A DNA stretch of 64,000 nt from an uncultured virus (IMG/VR IMGVR_UViG_3300005534_000002) (IMGVR_UViG_3300005534_000002), one strand, 5' to 3'. Counted from the first letter of the stretch, positions 46,231 to 56,198 are shown. Made by a program: numbers and translations. Notes: generated from the sequence alone by a model not told the origin.

Positions 46231-46457
46231 GGCTCAACTACGTGCTCACCCTGCGACAGAGCACCTACGGCGACCTGTGCCGTCGCGCTGGCGTGGATTG
46301 CGATAAGCATGGCTACTTCGATGTGAGCGGTGCCGTCTCGCGGGCATTCGGAGAGATACGCATACGGAGCGATGTCACGTGCCACGTCGGTGGATCGCTC
46401 CGATACCTCAGCGACGTTCTTCTTGAGCAGATCAGAAAGGAGCAAGATAGTGATTAG
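46227..46457 (+). CDS. hypothetical protein
   Basis: GGGAGCAGAATCATG start motif. Confidence 0.6.
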   Translation: MRLNYVLTLRQSTYGDLCRRAGVDCDKHGYFDVSGAVSRAFGEIRIRSDVTCHVGGSLRYLSDVLLEQIRKEQDSD

Positions 46458-46818
46458 TCAAACAGGGCTGCGCGCTCTGGAACCAGACCTGAACCTTGAA
46501 GCGTTCACCCGACACGCTCATGCCTTCGGCGGCGACAAGCTCATCGCCTACCTGAGCGGCGGGCGCTACAGTCGCGAGCAGATCAGGCCGCACATACGCT
46601 ACGACCTTGGAGAGCTTGGGTACGTCGTGAGCTTTGAGGGTGCGAAGCTCATGCGCATCACGTCGTTCTGGCGCAAACCGTCCCACGGCTCTTACGACCC
46701 GGTGAGCAGAATCTACGTCCGGGCTATCGCGGCAGACGGATCGCTCTGGCATGGCATCGGCCCGTACGAGAGCGGGACGTACGTCACGATGCATCGCAAC
46801 AAGAAACAGCCACGGTAA
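46450..46818 (+). CDS. hypothetical protein
   Basis: AAGGAG RBS, GTG start; DGSLWHG motif. Confidence 0.6.
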   Translation: MISQTGLRALEPDLNLEAFTRHAHAFGGDKLIAYLSGGRYSREQIRPHIRYDLGELGYVVSFEGAKLMRITSFWRKPSHGSYDPVSRIYVRAIAADGSLWHGIGPYESGTYVTMHRNKKQPR

Positions 46819-46832
46819 AGGAGCACAGAAAC

Positions 46833-47735
46833 ATGGACTCTAACTACATCATCGCGAGCGTGGGCAGGCCAGACTTAATTCACGCTCTGACTCAAGCGTA
46901 TCGGGCCGCACTCAAGAAACAGGGACCGTACGACCAGCCCTTCAAGAGCACGGTCCACTTCAGAGCGAACGATGCGACCAGCAAGCTCACGATCGAGGCA
47001 ACGGATGGCTTCCGAGCGTACCGCAAGACGATCCCCGCCGCGTTCGTCACCGGCGTGGGCTTCATGGTCAAGGCGAGCTACCTGCGCGATCTGCTCAAGG
47101 CTTTTGCGCTGGAGAAGTGCGCTGGCGACGTGATGCTCTACATGAAGGGTGACGTCCAAGCGGTCATGTTCGAGTGCGGCGACTACACGTCACCGATGCT
47201 GCCGCTCTCGACTGAGGGCACGTATCCGAATATCAGCATGATCCATCCGGGCGGGCCACGGAACACCGTCACAGAGCCAGGCAAGTTTGTCCGCGTCGAA
47301 CTGGACGTACCAGAGATGATGGAGGCGCTCAAGCTCGCAAAGCTCAAGCGCATCTCGACAATCGTCATCAATCGCGAGCAAGGTCTTCCCGTCGATGGCG
47401 CATGGCGAGCCACGGTGACTTGGTTTGCCGATGAAGGCAAGGCCCTGAGCAGCAACGGATACGCGCCGGAAGGCGAGCGCCACGTCCATCTATGGGGTAA
47501 CACGCGCGGCGACTTCAACCGCATCGCGTTCGATCCGCGCTACCTGTACGACGCTCTGCGAGACGTGACCGACAAGACCGTCACGCTCTACTTCAAGGAG
47601 CAAAGGAACAGCTTGGGCAACACCATCACCGGCCCGGTCGTCATCGGGGACTGGCTCGTCATGAGCATGTACGCCGACGTCAAGCGTTTCGCTCCGAGAA
47701 AGGAGGTTCGGGAGCAGACCACAGCAACGGACTAG
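46833..47735 (+). CDS. DNA polymerase III beta (sliding clamp)-like protein
   Basis: EATDGFR, EGTYPN, IAFDPRYLYDAL, LVMSM: DnaN-like motifs. Confidence 0.75.
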   Translation: MDSNYIIASVGRPDLIHALTQAYRAALKKQGPYDQPFKSTVHFRANDATSKLTIEATDGFRAYRKTIPAAFVTGVGFMVKASYLRDLLKAFALEKCAGDVMLYMKGDVQAVMFECGDYTSPMLPLSTEGTYPNISMIHPGGPRNTVTEPGKFVRVELDVPEMMEALKLAKLKRISTIVINREQGLPVDGAWRATVTWFADEGKALSSNGYAPEGERHVHLWGNTRGDFNRIAFDPRYLYDALRDVTDKTVTLYFKEQRNSLGNTITGPVVIGDWLVMSMYADVKRFAPRKEVREQTTATD

Positions 47736-47763
47736 TCGCACAGAAACATACAAGGAGCAAGCA

Positions 47764-48015
47764 TTGGCAACCGAAAAACAAGCAACCATCCTTCGAGAGC
47801 ACGTCATCGCTGTCCTGAGTCACGCGGCGGGAGAGGTTGATATCGTCCCTCAACCGTGCCCGTGTTGCGGGACTCCGATCAAGGATGACAGCAGAGTGAG
47901 CATCAAAGTCCTGTTCGGCTCAACCGATGAGTTTGAGCAGTGGTGCCAGACCATTCAGCACAACTTCGAGTACTGGTGGCGCGAGGAGCGCGGCAGGAAG
48001 GAGCCGACCCGATGA
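47764..48015 (+). CDS. hypothetical protein
   Basis: AAGGAG RBS, TTG start; CPCCG. Confidence 0.6.
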   Translation: MATEKQATILREHVIAVLSHAAGEVDIVPQPCPCCGTPIKDDSRVSIKVLFGSTDEFEQWCQTIQHNFEYWWREERGRKEPTR

Positions 48016-48419
48016 CCGCTCAGGCTACGGAAGACACGAAGCAACACGAGAGCGACGTGCGCCAGATGGTGCAGCTAGTTAGCTCTGAGTACGCGAACCA
48101 GATCGTCGCGGGCCGAGCGCAAGGCTTGGACGCGAGCATCAAGCTCTACCTCTACGAGAAGGTCGCTGTGGTGAGCGTGTCCACCGGCAAGGAAGAGCAC
48201 GTCATCGTCGCGACGATGACGTGGGACTTTGTCACTAGCGAGCTAGGGCCGTGGTTGCTCTTCACCGACACCGGAGCGACCGGGTTCGATGAAGACGGCG
48301 AGGTCGCGTGGTGCCTGCTCGAACTGGCTGAGAAAGCACCGAACACCACCATCATCCCGCCGCTCGACATCACGAAACGTGTGCTCGAATGGCACGGAAC
48401 GGAGCAAGTCAGTGAGTGA
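48012..48419 (+). CDS. hypothetical protein
   Basis: AAGGAG RBS, ATGA overlap. Confidence 0.6.
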   Translation: MTAQATEDTKQHESDVRQMVQLVSSEYANQIVAGRAQGLDASIKLYLYEKVAVVSVSTGKEEHVIVATMTWDFVTSELGPWLLFTDTGATGFDEDGEVAWCLLELAEKAPNTTIIPPLDITKRVLEWHGTEQVSE

Positions 48420-48993
48420 GATGAACGCCATGTGCGCGCTCGTGAGGCAGTGCGTTGGGCTCAACGCAGCCGGTGTGGTGCCGATCCTTCGTCACCTTGA
48501 AACCAACCTCCAGGAGCGTTGGCCATTCACGACACAGGAAACAATCGAGGTTCACAACCTCATCGAAGCCGCGACCATCGGCTGTGAGAGCAACATGGAA
48601 GCTCTCCTCGTGTGCTTCACCACATTCGCGCGGCTCGCCCTGGTAGCTCAGATGCATGATGTCGTCCTGGACATCGGACCACGCGAGCCGTTCCAGTACG
48701 ACTACCGCATCAACCTGAGCCAGCGCGTCGGCAAGCGCCACGCCTTCACCGTGAGCATCACGACGGCGAATCTCGAAGAAGAAACGCTCTTCGAGATGGT
48801 CACGCACCCCGACAAAATGCTCATATCCATCGAGGATCAGGAGTGGGAGCTTACCTACATCATTGGCCTGCTCGCCAACGGGCGACCGTTCAAACTGCGC
48901 CACGACGAGCATGGGCAGTGGTGGCTCAGGTGCCCGTGGTCGGTCGTCAAGGCAGCGGGACACTTCAGGGAGCAGCGCAGTGGCAGCGACTAA
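48412..48993 (+). CDS. hypothetical protein
   Basis: GGAG RBS, operon packing. Confidence 0.6.
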   Translation: MSEMNAMCALVRQCVGLNAAGVVPILRHLETNLQERWPFTTQETIEVHNLIEAATIGCESNMEALLVCFTTFARLALVAQMHDVVLDIGPREPFQYDYRINLSQRVGKRHAFTVSITTANLEEETLFEMVTHPDKMLISIEDQEWELTYIIGLLANGRPFKLRHDEHGQWWLRCPWSVVKAAGHFREQRSGSD

Positions 48994-49186
48994 GACGCCG
49001 CGCGAGATCACCGCAGACATGACATCGCTCATGCGTGCCTACAACGTGCTCGCGGAGTACGGCATCAGCAACGGGCGACGCGACCTCCTGAATGCTCAGG
49101 AAGTCTTGCACAACCATCTGGTACAGGCTCGTGCCTGCGAGCCGCAAATCGCCGTCGTCGGCGTAGAAAGCGATCTCGGAGAATGA
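48980..49186 (+). CDS. hypothetical protein
   Basis: GGGAG RBS, GTG start, ATGA overlap with next gene. Confidence 0.55.
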   Translation: MAATKTPREITADMTSLMRAYNVLAEYGISNGRRDLLNAQEVLHNHLVQARACEPQIAVVGVESDLGE

Positions 49187-50397
49187 CCACAGCAACACAC
49201 GAACGGATGGCTCAGATACAGGAGAAGGTGGGCGACGCTCACATTCATCAGGTCTTGCTCGACCTGTCCCGGCTCGACCGGGATGGCGTGTTCGTGAACG
49301 TCATCGGCGGCGGGACATCCGCGCTCAGAACAAAGCTCTCCTTGCAAGCTCTCGGCGTGAACGACGTACCCAAAGGTCTGGCGATGAAGATTGGCTCGCC
49401 GCCAGTTGGCCTACTGCCGGAAGAACACTGCTCTGCGCTCTCGTCGCCGGTCCACATGGCGTACAGCCTGGTACGGAAGTACGGCATGAGCTTCATGGTG
49501 AGCGAAAAATTCTTTGGCCGCAACCAGCACCGCTGGATTCCGTGGAGCGCTTTCGAGGACTTCGAGAAAGCGTTTTCCGCTGAGTCTGACCGGCTGGAGT
49601 TCGCCAGGGAACATGCGCTCGCCAACTACCCCGCGATACGCGAGCGGATGCTGGAGTCGTTTCAGACCCTCACGCGGCAGGCCCGCGACAACCTTGTGCG
49701 GTTGGGTCACACGCCCGCCGAAGGTTTCTCGGACACACTCACCGCCGCCCTGATGGACAAGATGCCGACTAAGGAGCATATCCAGACTGGCATCTTCGTT
49801 CGCCGCGAGATCGGCGTCCTGCTCTTCGGCAGCGAGATCGAGGCCGAGCGCGCTGCGACGGCAGAGTCACGGCTCAAGGCAGAGATCACCGAGAAGGAAA
49901 TCCGCGAGCGCGAGGCGGTCATCGCCGCCAGAGCGCGCGCTGAGTACCGCGCCGAAGAGGAGCGGCAGCGCATGTTGACCGAAGACCAGAGAAAGGAGCA
50001 TCAGGCCAAGGAAGCGATACGGAAGCTCAAGATCGAAGAGGAACGCAAGATGCTGAAGGACGTGCTCTCCCCGGTCCAGGAGGGCGCACAGCAGCTTGCG
50101 TACGCTCTTAACGAGGCAGCCAAAGAGATGGCTGAGTCCATCGCGAGGAACGGCTTTGTCCACCCCAAGACCGCAACGAGAGCGAGAGAGATGGCGACGT
50201 GGTTCAAGGCGATGAACTGGCAGAACGATGCGCAACTGGAGGAGCTAGTCAGCCGGCTAGGAGCGATGGCGACGAGTGCTCCCGAGAAGCGCGACCCGAT
50301 TCAGTTCGATGACGCCGTCGCCCGCATCATCAGCGTGACCAAAGACCAGGCGGCAGCCGCCGCTCGTTCAGGCCGCATCGCGGCATTGGAGCTATGA
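49183..50397 (+). CDS. DUF3150-like coiled-coil protein
   Basis: 404 aa; GVFVNV, RWIP..F..F pattern, long charged helices; upstream of the AAA+ ATPase. Confidence 0.5.
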   Translation: MTTATHERMAQIQEKVGDAHIHQVLLDLSRLDRDGVFVNVIGGGTSALRTKLSLQALGVNDVPKGLAMKIGSPPVGLLPEEHCSALSSPVHMAYSLVRKYGMSFMVSEKFFGRNQHRWIPWSAFEDFEKAFSAESDRLEFAREHALANYPAIRERMLESFQTLTRQARDNLVRLGHTPAEGFSDTLTAALMDKMPTKEHIQTGIFVRREIGVLLFGSEIEAERAATAESRLKAEITEKEIREREAVIAARARAEYRAEEERQRMLTEDQRKEHQAKEAIRKLKIEEERKMLKDVLSPVQEGAQQLAYALNEAAKEMAESIARNGFVHPKTATRAREMATWFKAMNWQNDAQLEELVSRLGAMATSAPEKRDPIQFDDAVARIISVTKDQAAAAARSGRIAALEL

Positions 50398-50522
50398 CCC
50401 ATGAGGATTCGGATAACCCGCACGATCCGGCTCCCGCATATCAGACCCGTCCCGGCGATCTACATTCACGACCAGCACGGGAAGCTGATCGGACAGCGAC
50501 CTGTGGCCCGAGGGAGATAGTC

Positions 50523-50933
50523 ATGAGCGAAGACAAAGACGCCCAAGACAAGACCGTGGAAGCTGAGGCCAGAGCCGCGCAAGAACAACTCATGAAGTTT
50601 CTGGCATGGCAGAAGACGGACGCCGCCGAGGGTAGCGACAGCTTCGAGCGCTCACTGCTCGCACTGGCCGCGAAGACGCAGTCACAGATCATCGAACTGT
50701 ACATGCGAGCCAAGGCCATAACGATGTACTCGCACGAAACCGAAGACCCGAGCGTCGTGGTGATCGCCAGCGAACTGAGCGGTTCGCTCCGTTCGGTTCG
50801 CGCGGCTTTCCACGAGGCCATAGACGACTACCTCTCAGAGCGCAGAGCCGTCGCCGCCGTTCATGCGGGTCAGGCTCTGGCCGAGATGATGCGTCAGGCT
50901 CCCAAGTCAAACGGAGGAAATCATGGCAATTGA
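50523..50933 (+). CDS. hypothetical helical protein
   Basis: GAGGGAG RBS before ATG 50523 (longer start 50394 possible). Confidence 0.6.
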   Translation: MSEDKDAQDKTVEAEARAAQEQLMKFLAWQKTDAAEGSDSFERSLLALAAKTQSQIIELYMRAKAITMYSHETEDPSVVVIASELSGSLRSVRAAFHEAIDDYLSERRAVAAVHAGQALAEMMRQAPKSNGGNHGN

Positions 50934-52596
50934 TCGAACCGCATCACAGATCATCACCACGCTTGATGAGCGCGTCCGGGCACGCATTCCTCTGATGGCC
51001 GTCGTGACTCACGAGGAGCAGAGGTTCCTGCGCATCGTCCAGGCGCTCAAGCGATACGTCGATCCCATCACCGGAGGGCGACGCCACCAGGATAAGGTTC
51101 TCTACGTCTGGAGCCGCACACGCGGGATGCGCAAGGTGGACCCGGACGGCAACACCGTCATGGAGTACCAGGACACGAGCGATCCGATGGGGGCACTGGA
51201 GTTCATCGAGAAACTTGGCTCGCACGACGGGCCTGCCGACGAGACGGCTCGCGGGCTTTTCGTGCTGTGCGACTTCGCTCAGTACCTTGAACCGTACGCC
51301 GGCCAACAGGAGCACGTCCCGATCCGGGCGCTGCGCGAACTGGCGTGGGCTATACAGGCTCGCCACATCAACGTGTTCGTCGTGGGCGCGGTCTTCCCTG
51401 ACATCCTGGATTTGGAGAAAGAGGTTCACACCATCGACTTGCCCCTGCCCAACGACGACGAGCTAGCCGCTCTGCTCGATCGCGCCCTGGAAGAGTTCGC
51501 GGATACGTTCCCTGGAAAGGAACGTGTGTCGGGCGACCGAGCGACCTACGAGAAACTTGTTGGCGCTATGGTCGGCCTGACCGAGAACGAAGCTGAGGCC
51601 GCGCTCAATATCGCGTTCATCCGCAACGGGTGTATGGACGCGCAAGCCATCCCGGTGGTCCTGGAGCAGAAGCGTGAGGCCATTCGCCGTAGCGGCTCGC
51701 TGGAGTTCGTGGAGCCACAGCCACTGCAAAACTTCGGCGGCTACGAGCGCATCATCGAACTGGTGAAGGGCGCGGCGGCGACGTTCATGCCAGAGGCGAA
51801 AGCTTTTGGCATCGAGCCGCACAAGGGGTTCTTGCTCCTCGGCCCGCCAGGCTGCGGCAAGAGCTACCTCATGCAGATCATCTCGGGCGTGACGTCGCGC
51901 GCTCTGCTCAGGATGTCACTCGCTGCCGTCATGGGCGAGGGTGGCGGCATCGTCGGCCAGTCGTGGGCGTCCGCTCGTAGGGCGCTGCAACTGGCGGATG
52001 CGCTCCAGCCAGTGCTAGGGATTGACGAGTACGAGAAGGGCGCGGGTGGCGTCGAAAGCAGCGGACGCTCCGATGCGGGCGAGACGGCCAGAGCTATGGG
52101 CTACCTGCTCACGTGGCAGGCCGAGCAGCAAGGCACTATGGTCGTCGCCACGGCGAACGACGTTCGGCAACTCCGACCCGAGCAGATTCGGGAAGGTCGA
52201 TTCGGAGCGAAGATTTGGGTCGGGCTGCCCGAGCACGAAGACCGCAAAAAGATTTTCGGTGTTCATCTCCAGAAACGGGGACGAGCGCCAGGGCAGTTCA
52301 GCCTCGACAAGCTGGCCGAGATGTCCGAGCGTTTCTCCGGGGCCGAGATCGAACAGGCGGTCAAGAACGCGCTGCTCTACGCCTTCATGGATGGTGGCGG
52401 GGAACGTGGTCTGTCTCCCGCAGACCTGGAGCGCGGAATCAAGGACATCACACCGACCGGGCTCGTCAACAAGAAAGAGATTGACGACCTAGAGCGATGG
52501 GCCGAGGAAAAGCTGGGCGCTGTGAGCGCATCCAGCAAGGAACTGTCTTTGACGGGACAGCGGCCCGGATCGATCGCAGCCATCGAAGTGGCATAG
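50923..52596 (+). CDS. AAA+ ATPase, Ycf46-like
   Basis: Walker A GPPGCGKS, Walker B LGIDEYEK, ATAND, IREGRF; degenerate N-terminal ATPase (THEEQR..LCDF). Confidence 0.9.
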   Translation: MAIDRTASQIITTLDERVRARIPLMAVVTHEEQRFLRIVQALKRYVDPITGGRRHQDKVLYVWSRTRGMRKVDPDGNTVMEYQDTSDPMGALEFIEKLGSHDGPADETARGLFVLCDFAQYLEPYAGQQEHVPIRALRELAWAIQARHINVFVVGAVFPDILDLEKEVHTIDLPLPNDDELAALLDRALEEFADTFPGKERVSGDRATYEKLVGAMVGLTENEAEAALNIAFIRNGCMDAQAIPVVLEQKREAIRRSGSLEFVEPQPLQNFGGYERIIELVKGAAATFMPEAKAFGIEPHKGFLLLGPPGCGKSYLMQIISGVTSRALLRMSLAAVMGEGGGIVGQSWASARRALQLADALQPVLGIDEYEKGAGGVESSGRSDAGETARAMGYLLTWQAEQQGTMVVATANDVRQLRPEQIREGRFGAKIWVGLPEHEDRKKIFGVHLQKRGRAPGQFSLDKLAEMSERFSGAEIEQAVKNALLYAFMDGGGERGLSPADLERGIKDITPTGLVNKKEIDDLERWAEEKLGAVSASSKELSLTGQRPGSIAAIEVA

Positions 52597-52604
52597 GAGC
52601 GAAC

Positions 52605-52808
52605 ATGGCTATCCATAAAGCGCAACTCATAGACAACGTGGACCTGTACCTCGCGGCGAAGGCGCTCAGTCGATACGCTGTCCAGTTGGAGAACGAGATC
52701 AAGACGATGCCGCTGGGACGCGAGCGACGACGCAAGCAGGCGTTGTGGGCGGATTGCACACGCGCGTCCTTCAAACTGTTCGCGGTTCTCGACACAGAGC
52801 AGGCGTGA
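52605..52808 (+). CDS. hypothetical protein
   Basis: AGGAG RBS. Confidence 0.6.
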   Translation: MAIHKAQLIDNVDLYLAAKALSRYAVQLENEIKTMPLGRERRRKQALWADCTRASFKLFAVLDTEQA

Positions 52809-52809
52809 C

Positions 52810-53046
52810 ATGACCAAACCACTGGAGGAGCTAGGACTCTACATCAAATGCCGTCAGGCCGATGGCCGCGAGGAACATGTCACGGTGCTCAGCATCAGGT
52901 TTCACAGGGGTGGTTTCACCATCCGCAGCGGCCTGCTAGGCGGCTCATTCATAGAGACACGCGGCACCGGCTTGGCCGACACAATGGACGAGCACGGCAA
53001 GAAGCTACGACAAGATCAAATCTGGCGAAGGGATGAACCGCAATGA
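52810..53046 (+). CDS. hypothetical protein
   Basis: 78 aa, operon packing. Confidence 0.55.
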   Translation: MTKPLEELGLYIKCRQADGREEHVTVLSIRFHRGGFTIRSGLLGGSFIETRGTGLADTMDEHGKKLRQDQIWRRDEPQ

Positions 53047-53282
53047 ACAACGAAGAGCGAATCAACGAAGAAGCACGACTCCTGGAGCACATATCCGTCG
53101 AGGTCAGCAAGGCGGTGTACGAACGGCTCGACCACACCACACGGAACGGGCGAACCATCGAAGTCGAAGGTCGCGCCCACAGATCATGCGTGATCCACAC
53201 GCTCGACCCTGACGGGCAGCGTCGCAGCTATCGGGTCAGCGTGAACCAGGAAGTAGACCTGTACGAAAGGACTGACCAGTGA
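53043..53282 (+). CDS. hypothetical protein
   Basis: 79 aa, overlaps both neighbours by 4 nt. Confidence 0.6.
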   Translation: MNNEERINEEARLLEHISVEVSKAVYERLDHTTRNGRTIEVEGRAHRSCVIHTLDPDGQRRSYRVSVNQEVDLYERTDQ

Positions 53283-53698
53283 GCAAATACATGGAGTTCC
53301 CGGAAGCGCAGTTCAAGTCCAAGGCGCTTCTGCTCAACGCGCTGCATCAGCTTGGATGGACGCCAGAGCAGATCGAGGTCCACGGCACACCCGCGAACCT
53401 CGTCGGCTTTCAGGGCGACACCCGAGCAGACACAGCGGACATCATCATCCGCCGCAAGTTTATCGGCTCGCTCTCGAACGATCTGGGTTTCCGGTACGTC
53501 AACGGAGCGTACGTCCCGATCGTGAGCGAGTACGACAACCGCTACCTGCGACGGCGGGCCGGCATGGAGCACGGCTTTGTGCCGACGCTGCGCCACGCCT
53601 ACAACCAGGAGGTCGCCAGCGAGATCACGCGACGGCTCCGGGGCCGGCAAGTGACACAGCAACGGGGCAGCACGCGACAGACCGTCGTGAGCTACTAG
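53279..53698 (+). CDS. DUF1257 (Ycf35-like) protein
   Basis: LLLNALHQLG, LVGFQGD, ADIII, NDLGF, IVSEYD, LRHAY. Confidence 0.8.
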   Translation: MSKYMEFPEAQFKSKALLLNALHQLGWTPEQIEVHGTPANLVGFQGDTRADTADIIIRRKFIGSLSNDLGFRYVNGAYVPIVSEYDNRYLRRRAGMEHGFVPTLRHAYNQEVASEITRRLRGRQVTQQRGSTRQTVVSY

Positions 53699-53707
53699 GA
53701 GGGAATC

Positions 53708-53896
53708 ATGCCTACAGTGACATTCGAGAGCGATGCACGAACGGGTCAGATGACCGTTGACATCAACGGGATCGTCGGCCCAGCCTGCGACAACATCCTG
53801 AAGCTGATCGAGGAGCTAACCGGCGCGCCAGGGACGATCGAGCAGAAACCCGAGTACCACCAGCGCGTCGTCAGCACACGGCGGGTCGGACGATGA
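53708..53896 (+). CDS. DUF2997 protein
   Basis: GQMTVDINGIVGPAC...IEELTG...KPEYH. Confidence 0.8.
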   Translation: MPTVTFESDARTGQMTVDINGIVGPACDNILKLIEELTGAPGTIEQKPEYHQRVVSTRRVGR

Positions 53897-54336
53897 GCGA
53901 CGAAGAGTTCAACGAGGAAACCTGGACCTACATCGGCAGGCGTACGCGGTACGGCAGCGACAAGCTCTGCTACTGCTACCTTGACGAACAGGGACTGGAG
54001 CGTTCTTTCGCCAAGGGCAAGATCGGTGTCATCGGTGGCCGGTATAAGGCTCTAGTAAAGCATGACGGCGACCGCGTCCTTGTGCGTGGAACGTTCAAGT
54101 ACGTGGACGACGGTGACAGGAGCGAGAACGATCCCGTCATCCTGGAATGGCTCACGCAGGACAACGCCGCGTACGACCTGGACTACGCACGCCGCGCCGA
54201 GCAGCGCGACATCAAGAAGATGCGCGCTCTGGGCAATCTCACCCTGGACGAGTTGAGCCAGGCCATGCGGAAACTCAGCGGCGACGAACGCAGGGCCATG
54301 CTCCTTCGGGTCTTTGAATACCTGATGAGGTACTAG
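53893..54336 (+). CDS. hypothetical protein
   Basis: 147 aa, ATGA overlap. Confidence 0.65.
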   Translation: MSDEEFNEETWTYIGRRTRYGSDKLCYCYLDEQGLERSFAKGKIGVIGGRYKALVKHDGDRVLVRGTFKYVDDGDRSENDPVILEWLTQDNAAYDLDYARRAEQRDIKKMRALGNLTLDELSQAMRKLSGDERRAMLLRVFEYLMRY

Positions 54337-54338
54337 GC

Positions 54339-54560
54339 ATGGAAGCTGACAAGCCCATCGAAGTCGAGATTCGGCTACGGGAAAGAGCCACAGAAACAAT
54401 GGCGAGCAGAGTCGCGGCGATCCTCCAGCACGACGTTGACGTCGAGTGCGTCCCGGCGTGCGGTCTGGCGATGCGTGCCTTGTTCGCTCTGTCCAAGGGT
54501 AACTTCCTGCAAGCGCGGCAACTACTCGAACGCGCAGAAAGAGAGCGAAACAATGCCTGA
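54339..54560 (+). CDS. hypothetical protein
   Basis: 73 aa, GAGGT RBS. Confidence 0.55.
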   Translation: MEADKPIEVEIRLRERATETMASRVAAILQHDVDVECVPACGLAMRALFALSKGNFLQARQLLERAERERNNA

Positions 54561-55203
54561 GTTGATCTTCATTCAAGACGGAACCGGATCACTCACCGTC
54601 GAAGGTATGAGCGAAGCGGACTTCATGGCACTGGCGGCTGACCTGTTGCCGACGCCGACCGAAGTGAACTGCGGTATCCCGCGCCGCAAGCTCGTGCCCG
54701 CACCGAGCGTCGGCAGTCTACGTGTCCACGCGATCTGGCATGGCAGTGTCGTGGAGGGTCCGGGCGTCCGCTCGGTGTTGCAAGTACAGGGTTGCCCCAT
54801 CCGCTGCGCAGGGTGCTACGTGCCCGAAACGCACGCTGCGGGCACGGGCGTTACCATGTCCAGTGTCGATGCCGTCGCGTCCCTCTTGGACCCGTTTTTG
54901 AAGCGTGATGGCGTGACTGTTCTCGGTGGCGAGCCACTCGCTCAGGCGGACGCGCTGCTGCCGGTTCTTGAATCGCTCGTGGCGTGGGGGGTCCATACGG
55001 TGCTGTACACCGGCTACACGATCGAGCGCATCGCGAAACACGGAACACCCGCACAGAAACGGTGCCTGCTACTAGCCGACATGGTCATCGACGGACCATA
55101 CGTGAAAGCGTTGTCTGATGGCGCTGGCGAATGGCGCGGCAGCCGGAACCAGCGGGTCCTGAGCAAGACCGAGGTCCGGTCCCTGATGGGAGGAGCGTCG
55201 TGA
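54553..55203 (+). CDS. radical SAM protein, NrdG-like (4Fe-4S single cluster)
   Basis: EGPGVR, QGCPIRCAGC, LGGEP, YTGY, DMVIDGPY, WRGSRNQR. Confidence 0.9.
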   Translation: MPELIFIQDGTGSLTVEGMSEADFMALAADLLPTPTEVNCGIPRRKLVPAPSVGSLRVHAIWHGSVVEGPGVRSVLQVQGCPIRCAGCYVPETHAAGTGVTMSSVDAVASLLDPFLKRDGVTVLGGEPLAQADALLPVLESLVAWGVHTVLYTGYTIERIAKHGTPAQKRCLLLADMVIDGPYVKALSDGAGEWRGSRNQRVLSKTEVRSLMGGAS

Positions 55204-55469
55204 AGGGCTACATCCACTTCCAGATGTTGAGCGACAGCATCGAAGTCCGCGTCACGAACGATCTTCACAGCCCAGGCCGGCGCTACTCCATCAGCACGAG
55301 TCGTCACAGGAGCTACCCGCCCATGCGCGCAGATGGATACGTTGCGCACGTAACGACGACATCTCCTAATCAGATGTTCACGGCAGGACCACGACGCACC
55401 AGACTCGGCGCGGTCATCGCTGCGCTCGAACAAATCGACTACTTTCACCAGGAGGAAGAGCGTGAATAA
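55200..55469 (+). CDS. hypothetical protein
   Basis: GGAGGAG RBS, GTGA overlap. Confidence 0.6.
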   Translation: MKGYIHFQMLSDSIEVRVTNDLHSPGRRYSISTSRHRSYPPMRADGYVAHVTTTSPNQMFTAGPRRTRLGAVIAALEQIDYFHQEEERE

Positions 55470-55743
55470 CAATCTGAAGGGGCGCGCCCTCAAGTTACCT
55501 GACTCGCGGGTCGGACGCATCGTGAACGCTTACGAAAAAGGACACCGGCTGGCGCTCGTCCTGGACATGAACCACGACTGCGCTGCCGTGTGGGCGGCTG
55601 ACCGAACCAAGGGTGGTGGCATGGCGCAATTCAAAACGGAGCTATGTCGCCACGATAACCCTCTGTGGTGGGGCGTGACTGGATGCGGTCAGCACACGCA
55701 CTGTATGGGCTGTGGCGGCATAGTAGACCCGGAGAACATGTAA
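55462..55743 (+). CDS. hypothetical Cys/His protein
   Basis: AGGAGG RBS; C.H...CGQHTHCMGC. Confidence 0.6.
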   Translation: MNNNLKGRALKLPDSRVGRIVNAYEKGHRLALVLDMNHDCAAVWAADRTKGGGMAQFKTELCRHDNPLWWGVTGCGQHTHCMGCGGIVDPENM

Positions 55744-56198
55744 TGAGAGAGGGTAGACTGCAACCCGAGAACGATCAAGAGTGCTCGATCGTGGACTACC
55801 TGCGGGTCATCGCGGACGGTATGCCGAACGCTCATCCCGACTTCCGGGCGCTGCTCGACAAGGGTCGGTTCTGGACACCGCAGCCGCTCCCGCGAGAGTA
55901 CGAACTAGCTACGCCGAAACAGTGCTTCAAGAACGCGGGACAACTCAGCCTGGTCCACACAGAGCTTCGCTACTGCGAGGGCTACGCTCTCGGCTTTGTC
56001 ATCCCGGTCCATCATGCGTGGCTCGTTGACGAGAGCGGCATGGTGATTGACCCGACCTGGAGGATCAAGCCGCGCGGTCGCAAGAATGTTCATGATCCAG
56101 CCGACCTGGGCTACTTCGGGATCGTCTACGAGCAGGGACGGTTCTGGGAGATAATCCGGCAACGGGGTCGTTGGGGCACACTCTTCGCATGGGGGTAG
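55743..56198 (+). CDS. papain/transglutaminase-like fold protein
   Basis: KQCFKNA, YCEGY, HHAW, VIDPTW: Cys-His-Asp order. Confidence 0.65.
   Translation: MREGRLQPENDQECSIVDYLRVIADGMPNAHPDFRALLDKGRFWTPQPLPREYELATPKQCFKNAGQLSLVHTELRYCEGYALGFVIPVHHAWLVDESGMVIDPTWRIKPRGRKNVHDPADLGYFGIVYEQGRFWEIIRQRGRWGTLFAWG

Noticed and set aside
54553..55203. Assigning gene symbol nrdG
   Set aside because: No nrdD in the window and the context is the AAA+/DUF1257/DUF2997 cluster
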